Source of the DNA: a virus
Direction: 5' to 3' (one strand)
DNA length: 34,701 nucleotides
Virus record (IMG/VR): IMGVR_UViG_3300033998_000166
Location: 1-34,701 of that record
Under the pieces are notes generated by a model. It had not been told where the DNA came from, ran no database searches, and saw only the letters and a list, made by a program, of their open reading frames with translations. The position numbers and the translations under genes are program-made. Position 1 is the stretch's first letter, and each line of letters begins with the position of its first letter. Shown here one piece after another: positions 1-5,860 of the stretch.

Positions 1-127
1 ACTATATCGAAGTAGAGACACAGCCGTTGCGGCCAGTAGACACACCGCAGGAGGTATACCGTTCAAACGAGCCTGTCTCTATTCAGGCGGGACAGACGGT
101 GACAATAACGGCCTACTACAACGAAAC
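1..127. repeat. Terminal overlap identical to 34575..34701 (circular contig closure)
   Basis: Base-by-base comparison shows 127/127 identity between the two window ends. Confidence 0.95.
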
Positions 128-596
128 TCCCTGCATAGACGCCGTAGCCAGCCTGGAAAATGCGTCAGCGGGGTGCGTGATACAGGAAGCCACCTACTAC
201 GCCTGGGGAGCAGACGTGAAGGTGTATTCGCAAAATGCTGGAACATTTACGCTAGTAATCAACGCCAGGCCGCTCAAGGTGCTCAACAAAGAACGTGCCA
301 TTGCGAAGGATGACGCATCTATAACTGACAACGGCCTCATCAAATACACCTTCCCGGCTAACCCCTTGGTGCAGACCAGGGAGATAGCACAAACTATCGC
401 CAACAAGCTGCTGGCATACTACAAAGACCCACGCCGGGACGTGGAGGTGGAGTGGCGTGGCAACCCGGCTCTATTGCTTGGCGATAGGGTAAAAGTGACG
501 GATCGCAATGAGCAGAACGACTACTTCGTGGTGCGCCAGAAAATAGAGTATTCCGGCGCACTTCGGGCAAGATTGAGCGGAAGGAGGGCGGTATAA
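1..596 (+). CDS. Tail-tip / host-specificity protein, C-terminal segment (same gene as 32138..34701, joined through the circular junction)
   Basis: The reading frame opened at ATG 32138 has no stop up to 34701. Bases 1-127 repeat 34575-34701 exactly, and the same frame continues to TAA 594-596. ORF-track entry 27..596 is the in-frame end of this gene. Confidence 0.8.
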   Translation, partial: YIEVETQPLRPVDTPQEVYRSNEPVSIQAGQTVTITAYYNETPCIDAVASLENASAGCVIQEATYYAWGADVKVYSQNAGTFTLVINARPLKVLNKERAIAKDDASITDNGLIKYTFPANPLVQTREIAQTIANKLLAYYKDPRRDVEVEWRGNPALLLGDRVKVTDRNEQNDYFVVRQKIEYSGALRARLSGRRAV

Positions 597-784
597 TGTG
601 GCAGACACCAAAAACGAACTGGAAATCGCCTGCCTTCCCAAACTACGCCGATTTTAACCGCATAGAGGGGAATATACTCGAATTGAAAAAAGCCGCCACG
701 ATTGAAATCAACGATATTGGCAACTATTTCACTTCTACTAATGTGGAAGGTGCGTTACAGGAGCTTTATCAGCTTTGCAGGTAG
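596..784 (+). CDS. Truncated paralogue of the tail-fibre N-terminal module (62 aa)
   Basis: The ATG overlaps the upstream stop (TAATG). The protein MWQTPKTNW..NRIEGNI.ELKKA.TIEI....TNVEGALQEL aligns along its whole length with the N-terminus of the next gene, then stops. Confidence 0.55.
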   Translation: MWQTPKTNWKSPAFPNYADFNRIEGNILELKKAATIEINDIGNYFTSTNVEGALQELYQLCR

Positions 785-796
785 GAGGTGATAAAG

Positions 797-1702
797 TTGG
801 CGTGGCAGACACCAAAGACGAATTGGACGGCGCAGGACAGCATGACGCCGTCGGAGCTAAACCGCATAGAAGGGAATATTGCTGAGCTAAAGAAGGCAAG
901 CACGATTGAAATTGCCGACACCGCCGGCAATTTCACCGCTACCAACGTTGAGGGTGCGCTTCAGGAACTTGCGGGCAACGTCAAGAACGGTAAGACAGCA
1001 ATAGCAAACGCAATCGTAGCTATGGGACAAACAGCCAGTAGTAATGACACATTCGACGCCCTGGCGTCGAAGATACGGAATATTAGCAAGGACGCAACAG
1101 CAGGAACAGGAGACGTTTTAAGCGGAAAGACGTTCTATGCGGGTGGGGCTAAAAAGACAGGAACAATGCCGAACAGAGGGGCAGTAGTGATAACGCCGGG
1201 GACGCAGAATCAGGCGATACCGGCGGGCTATCATAATGGACAGGGGTATGTAAAAGGCGATGCGAATTTGAAGCCGGAGAATATCCGGCAAGGCGTGAGC
1301 ATTTTTGGGGTAGCAGGCTCATATTGTACAACAGTTGCTTCTGATACTCTCAGACTATCAGCAGATACAGAAAGGTCTACAAACAGTATGTCCTTTATAA
1401 AAGTCAAAGAAATAAGAGTTGGAAGAACGGGAATTTATAGAGTTTCTTACGAATTGCGGTCTCCTAGTGGCATTGCTGCTATTGGTCGAATTTATAGGAA
1501 TGGACTGCCATATGGATCGGAGAGAACTGTTAGTGGCGGTAGTTATTCTAAATTCACTGAAGATTTATTCTTCAGGGCGGGCGATTTAGTACAGTTGTAT
1601 ATCAGGTCGGGCGATTATTTAACTACCATTTTCACAAGAAATTTTAGAATCTATTATGACTTGGACGCGGCGGTTTCGACGGATGCAGTTTTACAAGACT
1701 AG
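797..1702 (+). CDS. Tail fibre / receptor-binding protein
   Basis: TTG 797 lies 6 nt after AGGAGGTG and is preferred to the ORF-track GTG 788, which sits inside the RBS. The N-terminal WQTPKTNW...NRIEGNI motif is typical of Firmicutes prophage fibres. The gene lies just upstream of the lysis cassette. Confidence 0.8.
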   Translation: MAWQTPKTNWTAQDSMTPSELNRIEGNIAELKKASTIEIADTAGNFTATNVEGALQELAGNVKNGKTAIANAIVAMGQTASSNDTFDALASKIRNISKDATAGTGDVLSGKTFYAGGAKKTGTMPNRGAVVITPGTQNQAIPAGYHNGQGYVKGDANLKPENIRQGVSIFGVAGSYCTTVASDTLRLSADTERSTNSMSFIKVKEIRVGRTGIYRVSYELRSPSGIAAIGRIYRNGLPYGSERTVSGGSYSKFTEDLFFRAGDLVQLYIRSGDYLTTIFTRNFRIYYDLDAAVSTDAVLQD

Positions 1703-1716
1703 TAGGAGGCGAGGCT

Positions 1717-3117
1717 ATGAGCATAAAAGAAGTGCTCGACTTTTTGAACATCTCTAAATGGCATGATGCCGGTTACAAAGGCCAGGGCGTGAAAGTTCTG
1801 ATGATTGACGATGGATGGGAAGACAGGCCTTGGTTCGATGGGAAGCTCCATATAGTCCATTCCAATGGGCCATCGGGTAGCCAGCACGGAATCAAAACTG
1901 CCGAAACTCTCCATATCGTGGCCCCGGAAGCGGAAATATATGTGCATGAAGTTTCATATCCCGCCTACCCTACACCGGACGTAGTGCTTCGGTATATTCT
2001 CGAAAACGACATACACATTGTTTCTATGTCTATGGGCGGATCTATCTTCAGACAGCCGGAATACAGAAGCCTGCTGGCAGAAGCCACAAAAAAGGCGATA
2101 TTTTTCACTTCGGCAGGAAATACGGGTGGGCCATTAACTGGGGCCGCCAACGATGATGAATATTGGATAGCTGTAGGAGCAGCATATCTCTTGAAAGGAA
2201 AACCTATGCGAGAGAGCTATTCTTCGATAGGCCCTTCGCTGGACGTAATGGGCCTAACAGGAATAGAAGTCCATTCCTCCGACGGGCAGAGGCTATTTGC
2301 ACCAGAAGGAACATCTTTCTCCTGCCCCGTTGTGGCAGGAATGATGGCAATATACTACTCGTGGTTTTATGAACAATATCGCCGCTATCCCACACCTGAC
2401 GAGGCAAAAGCATTCCTGTTCGCCAATTGCATGGATATGGAGGAACAAGGCCGGGACGACCGAACGGGTCACGGCCTTTTTGTATTGCCGAAAGAGATAC
2501 CGGAGGTGAAGGTGGTGAATAGACCGAAATATATCATTGTCCATCACAGCGCTACGAAGCAGGGTGATACCGAAACCTTCCGCCGCTACCACGTAGAAGT
2601 AAACGGCTGGAAGGATATAGGCTACCACTACGTCGTCAATAACGGCACATATAAATCCGACGGCCTAATAGAAAAAGGCAGGGACGAAAAAGAAGTAGGC
2701 GCACACGCTATCGGCTACAACGACAAATCAATCGGTATATGCCTTGTTGGAAACTTCGATGAAGACAGACCAACAGAAAAGCAGATGCAATCCCTTATTC
2801 GTCTATGCAAGGACATCATGAGGCGATACAATATCCCGGCCAAGAACGTGCTTGGGCATAGGGAAACCGGGGCAAAGAAGACTTGCCCAGGCAAAAACTT
2901 CGATATGGAGGCGTTGAGAAGGATGCTTGAGGAAAAGGTTATTACGCTTAGGGTTGGCAGCAAAGAAATGACCGTGAATGGCCGCAAAATTGCCCTCGAC
3001 GTACCCGCCAAGGTCGAAAACGGCAGGACGTTAGTCCCTCTCCGGGCTATTGCGGAGGCGTTCGGTTTTAGTGTCCATTATGACGACAAAACCAAGACTA
3101 TTACGATTCGGGGGTGA
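1717..3117 (+). CDS. Endolysin with three domains: S8 subtilase-like, N-acetylmuramoyl-L-alanine amidase (amidase_2/PGRP type), and a Cu-amine-oxidase-N-like wall-binding repeat
   Basis: S8 triad context: VLMIDDGW (Asp), SQHGIKTAE (His), GTSFSCPVVAG (Ser). Amidase_2 motifs: IIVHHSAT, GYHYVV, GAHAIGYNDKSIGICLVGNF, LGHRE..KTCPGKNF. C-terminal repeat: NGRTLVPLRAIAEAFGFSVHYDDKTKTITI. RBS is AGGAGG. Confidence 0.85.
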   Translation: MSIKEVLDFLNISKWHDAGYKGQGVKVLMIDDGWEDRPWFDGKLHIVHSNGPSGSQHGIKTAETLHIVAPEAEIYVHEVSYPAYPTPDVVLRYILENDIHIVSMSMGGSIFRQPEYRSLLAEATKKAIFFTSAGNTGGPLTGAANDDEYWIAVGAAYLLKGKPMRESYSSIGPSLDVMGLTGIEVHSSDGQRLFAPEGTSFSCPVVAGMMAIYYSWFYEQYRRYPTPDEAKAFLFANCMDMEEQGRDDRTGHGLFVLPKEIPEVKVVNRPKYIIVHHSATKQGDTETFRRYHVEVNGWKDIGYHYVVNNGTYKSDGLIEKGRDEKEVGAHAIGYNDKSIGICLVGNFDEDRPTEKQMQSLIRLCKDIMRRYNIPAKNVLGHRETGAKKTCPGKNFDMEALRRMLEEKVITLRVGSKEMTVNGRKIALDVPAKVENGRTLVPLRAIAEAFGFSVHYDDKTKTITIRG

Positions 3118-3123
3118 AATGGT

Positions 3124-3543
3124 GTGAACGAGAAAACTATTTTCCAATCCGTCGTTGCAGTGGGCGGTTCATTAGTTACGTATCTCTTCGGGGGGTGGTC
3201 GGCATTGCTGGGGGTGCTGGTCTCTTTCGTCGTTGCAGACTACATCACCGGCGTGCTGGCCGCTTTTTCGGAGAAGAAGCTATCCAGCGAGATTGGTGCG
3301 AAGGGTATTGCCAAGAAGGTGTTTATTTTTGTGTTCGTTGCCCTTGGAAATCTAGCTGATGTCGCTATTGGTGCTAATGGAAACATCATACGCAATGCAG
3401 TGATATACTTCTACCTTGCGAACGAGCTTTTGAGCATCATCGAGAACGCTGGCAGGATGGGCGTGCCTGTCCCTAGCGTTCTCAAGCGCGCGGTGGAAAT
3501 TCTGAATAGCAAGGGAGAAGGGAAGATAGAACCCCCGGCGTAG
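3124..3543 (+). CDS. Holin (phage_holin_4_1 / TcdE-like)
   Basis: GTG start after GGGGGTG. There are several hydrophobic helices and the motif ADYITGVLAA..KKLSSEIGAKGIAKK. The gene is adjacent to the endolysin. Confidence 0.8.
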   Translation: MNEKTIFQSVVAVGGSLVTYLFGGWSALLGVLVSFVVADYITGVLAAFSEKKLSSEIGAKGIAKKVFIFVFVALGNLADVAIGANGNIIRNAVIYFYLANELLSIIENAGRMGVPVPSVLKRAVEILNSKGEGKIEPPA

Positions 3544-3560
3544 GTCCGGGGGTGTTTTTG
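3531..3560 (+). terminator. Rho-independent terminator after the holin gene
   Basis: Stem ACCCCCGG/CCGGGGGT with a 7-nt loop, followed by GTTTTT. Confidence 0.75.
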
Positions 3561-3615
3561 TGCAAAAATTTGCAGTCCCGAAGGCGACTGCAAGAAATTG
3601 CAGTGCAGGCTAGAA

Positions 3616-3645
3616 CCCCCGGCCATCAAGCCGGGGATTTTTTTA
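3616..3645 (+). terminator. Second terminator-like hairpin
   Basis: Stem CCCCGG/CCGGGG followed by ATTTTTTT. It is preceded by TAGAACCCCCGGC, which also occurs at the holin 3' end. Confidence 0.6.
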
Positions 3646-3751
3646 TTCCCTCATATTTTCACAATATTGCGACTTTATGCCATACCCCGAAAGCCTTGCC
3701 GGATGCGGGTTTCGGGAATCGTGCTTCGAGAAAAATTTTTGGGGGGAACTA

Positions 3752-3780
3752 TTGACAATGACACGGAAACGTGTCATAAT
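3752..3780 (+). promoter_or_regulatory. Sigma-70-type promoter of the accessory operon
   Basis: TTGACA (3752-3757), a 17-nt spacer, then CATAAT (3775-3780). Confidence 0.7.
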
Positions 3781-3806
3781 ATACTCAGAAAGACACGGAA
3801 ACGTGT
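3761..3806. promoter_or_regulatory. Two copies of the palindromic operator ACACGGAAACGTGT
   Basis: Exact 14-bp palindrome ACACG-GAAA-CGTGT at 3761-3774, inside the promoter spacer, and at 3793-3806, just downstream of the -10. The centres are 32 bp apart. Confidence 0.7.
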
Positions 3807-3831
3807 AACAAAGAGGAAAGGAGAGGGTAAA

Positions 3832-4023
3832 ATGAAAGCGTATATCCTATCGAGAGCAAACGGAACGGTGCAAATTGGGAAGACTTTATATCAACCCTGT
3901 ACAGGAGCACAATACAAAGTTTCCAGTATACCGCGCAAAGGTGAATATGAAGCTGTAATCGAAGTTTCCGAAAACTCGATGCAAGGAGCCCGAGAAGCAC
4001 TCCAAAAAGACGCCGAGGGATAG
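3832..4023 (+). CDS. Small hypothetical protein (63 aa), first gene of the accessory operon
   Basis: ATG follows AGGAAAGGAGAGGG. It is the in-frame C-terminal part of ORF-track 3598..4023, whose upstream part spans terminators and the promoter. Confidence 0.6.
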   Translation: MKAYILSRANGTVQIGKTLYQPCTGAQYKVSSIPRKGEYEAVIEVSENSMQGAREALQKDAEG

Positions 4024-4149
4024 CGCAAGGGAGGGAGCCGTGAAACCCGGCTCAGGGCCGAAAGGCCCGTAGGCGGAAGCCAAAAACAATGCGCCGCCCA
4101 CCGTTTCATGGGGCGCAATAGAAATACCGGTGGGCAAGAAGGAGGAAAG

Positions 4150-4536
4150 ATGTTGCATGAATATACTCGAAAGAACACAATAGAGGCGTTTTTCAAATGT
4201 GATGAAAAAGGAGAAGATGCTACCATTGCCGTACGACAGACTGTTGTCTCGCCCCGCCGATTGAACCCAGTTTCTCCTTTATATGTAGAAGAGAGAGCTA
4301 CAAAATCGACGGACGGTTTTCACCCAATAATACACAAGGTGTTCAGACAGGCATTTGACCCCTTGTATGGCACACAACCTGTTATTGTCGAGGTAGTAGT
4401 GAATGTAGTACGTAATCCTTGGGGTGATAGAGCTAGGTATGTAGAAAATATCTGCATTGTCCAGGATGAGGGCGAATTGGCTGAAGGGGCCTGGAAGACA
4501 AAAGCTCTCATAAGTGCGCTCAAAACACCTCTATGA
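4150..4536 (+). CDS. Hypothetical protein (128 aa), second gene of the accessory operon
   Basis: ATG 4150 follows AAGGAGGAAAG and is preferred over the ORF-track ATG 4108, which has no RBS. No motif was recognised. Confidence 0.65.
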   Translation: MLHEYTRKNTIEAFFKCDEKGEDATIAVRQTVVSPRRLNPVSPLYVEERATKSTDGFHPIIHKVFRQAFDPLYGTQPVIVEVVVNVVRNPWGDRARYVENICIVQDEGELAEGAWKTKALISALKTPL

Positions 4537-4554
4537 GAGCGAGGAGGAAACAAA

Positions 4555-4734
4555 ATGGACCTTGAATGGATAACCCTAGCCGAAGCCGCACGGAGGTGGG
4601 GGCGAGCAGATTCCACCCTGCGGCACGCCATACGCCGGGGCCGGTTCACGCCGGACGAGGTACGCAAGTCCGGCAAGGTCTGGCTAGTGCGGACTTCGGC
4701 AATGACACGACTTTACGGAAAGCCCCGTGAGTAG
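4555..4734 (+). CDS. Small HTH DNA-binding protein (59 aa; below the ORF-track cutoff)
   Basis: Hand translation gives MDLEWITLAEAARRWGRADSTLRHAIRRGRFTPDEVRKSGKVWLVRTSAMTRLYGKPRE. The RBS is GAGGAGGAAA. The pattern is of the excisionase/MerR-like HTH_17 type (L..AA...G.s..tlr..i..G). Confidence 0.65.
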   Translation: MDLEWITLAEAARRWGRADSTLRHAIRRGRFTPDEVRKSGKVWLVRTSAMTRLYGKPRE

Positions 4735-4750
4735 GGGCTTTTGTTTTTTT
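4720..4750 (+). terminator. Rho-independent terminator of the accessory operon
   Basis: Stem AAGCCCC/GGGGCTT with a T-rich tail (TTTTGTTTTTTT). Confidence 0.8.
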
Positions 4751-4827
4751 GCTCTTCCAAGAAGGAATTTTTGTGAAAATATTGAAGAAAATATATACAG
4801 AAACTATCTTGGGAGGTGTTTTCTTCT

Positions 4828-5502
4828 ATGTTGTCTAAAACAATCAAAATCATCATTATTGGCATTCTCATCGTAGCCCTGGCCGGTGGTGCAGTTTTCG
4901 CAGCGCAGGCTAAGTATAAGGGCTTTCCCGTAGCAAACTTGATGCTGAACGGGCAACGAGTAACTCCGCCGAGCCCTGCCATCATTATTGACGGAACAAC
5001 CTACGTCCCGTTGCGGTTCGTCAGTGAATCGATGGGTATCAAGGTCGCATGGGACGGAAAAACGCAAACGGTCATCATCGGAGAAAAGCAGGCCGCATCT
5101 ACCCCAGCTCAGCCCAAGAATGAAATCGCGGTCAAGGACGCTTCGGGCAAGGTCCTCTATGCTCTCAGAATCAACAAAGTCACGACAATGACCGAGCGCA
5201 ACCCCTTCGCTGACACGAATCCTGTGCAGGTTGTGATGATTGACTATACCTATACCAACGTAGCGAGCGATGAAGATGTATACATCAGCGAGCTCAACTT
5301 TAAGGTGGTGGACTCTGCCGGTAAGGTGGGCTATCTATATCCGAACTCTCCCAAGAATTATCCGCAACGCATACCCAAAGGTACTACCTGCAACGCCCAG
5401 GTAATTTTCGGACTCGACACCAAGAGCGACAAGGTCAAGATACATTTCTACAAGGACCTATTCGGCCCCGTCACCGCTACGTTCGAACTGCCGGTTGAAT
5501 AG
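4828..5502 (+). CDS. Membrane-anchored accessory protein: Cu-amine-oxidase-N-like domain plus beta-rich DUF4352-like C-terminal domain
   Basis: ATG 4828 lies 9 nt after GGGAGGTG. There is an N-terminal TM helix IIIIGILIVALAGGAVFAA. The segment NGQRV..IIIDGTTYVPLRFVSESMGIKVAWDGKTQTVIIG matches the endolysin C-terminal repeat type. Confidence 0.7.
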   Translation: MLSKTIKIIIIGILIVALAGGAVFAAQAKYKGFPVANLMLNGQRVTPPSPAIIIDGTTYVPLRFVSESMGIKVAWDGKTQTVIIGEKQAASTPAQPKNEIAVKDASGKVLYALRINKVTTMTERNPFADTNPVQVVMIDYTYTNVASDEDVYISELNFKVVDSAGKVGYLYPNSPKNYPQRIPKGTTCNAQVIFGLDTKSDKVKIHFYKDLFGPVTATFELPVE

Positions 5503-5522
5503 TCTCCTCTCTGAACAAGCAT

Positions 5523-5556
5523 GGCCCAGCGATTTCCCGCTGGGCCTTTTTATTTT
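5523..5556 (+). terminator. Rho-independent terminator
   Basis: Stem GGCCCAGCG/CGCTGGGCC followed by TTTTTATTTT. Confidence 0.8.
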
Positions 5557-5586
5557 CGGTAGACTTCTACCAAAATTTCTACCGAA
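5555..5586. repeat. Putative integrase arm-type sites (left arm)
   Basis: TTCGGTAGA (inverted), CTTCTACC and TTTCTACCGAA lie within 32 bp. The same TCTACCGAA core recurs at 5839-5860. Confidence 0.55.
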
Positions 5587-5682
5587 AAAACAGAAACAGA
5601 CAGGGAAAAACTGAAATGAATCGAAATACTTACCCGGCATGAAAAGCCGCAAAATCGCATTGTTGCAGAAAAACTGAAACGT

Positions 5683-5719
5683 ATAAAAACAAAAAGAGGC
5701 GGATGAAAATATCCGCCTC
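5683..5719 (-). terminator. Terminator for leftward (int) transcription
   Basis: Stem GAGGCGGAT/ATCCGCCTC (5696-5704/5711-5719). On the - strand it is followed by CTTTTTGTTTTTAT. Confidence 0.65.
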
Positions 5720-5723
5720 AAAA

Positions 5724-5779
5724 CTCAAAATCCGGTGGCCGATGAGGCCGTGTGGGTTCGACTCCCACCTTCGGCACCA
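5724..5779 (+). other. attP core: 3' portion of a tRNA-Leu(CAA)-like gene, from the anticodon loop to CCA
   Basis: The segment reads as follows: CTCAAAA loop, TCCGG stem, a long variable arm GGCC-GATGA-GGCC, T-arm GTGGG-TTCGACT-CCCAC, acceptor 3' strand CTTCGGC, then A-CCA. No matching 5' half (GCCGAAG...) lies upstream. Confidence 0.7.
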
Positions 5780-5790
5780 GAGAAATTAAG

Positions 5791-5824
5791 GCTTCCGTGA
5801 GATGAAACCGGAAGTCTTTTTTTA
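5791..5824 (+). terminator. Terminator-like hairpin after the tRNA fragment
   Basis: Stem CTTCCG/CGGAAG followed by TCTTTTTTT. Confidence 0.7.
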
Positions 5825-5838
5825 TTGCTTCTACTCTT

Positions 5839-5860
5839 TTTCTACCGAATTTCTACCGAA
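5839..5860. repeat. Putative integrase arm-type sites (right arm), tandem TTTCTACCGAA x2
   Basis: Two exact abutting 11-bp copies that overlap the integrase stop codon. Confidence 0.55.

Noticed and set aside
1-127. The 127-bp direct terminal repeat as the physical redundancy of the phage genome
   Set aside because: It lies inside an ORF that reads through the junction. The HNH, terS and terL arrangement points to cos ends elsewhere. The length is typical of an assembly k-mer overlap.
3598-4023. 141-aa ORF-track call spanning terminators and the operon promoter
   Set aside because: Its upstream two-thirds crosses two terminator hairpins and the TTGACA/CATAAT promoter. Only the C-terminal 63 codons, from the RBS-preceded ATG 3832, are plausible.
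5458-5721. 87-aa - strand ORF in the attP region
   Set aside because: It spans terminator hairpins and A/T-rich arm-site DNA, has no RBS, and its sequence is low-complexity.
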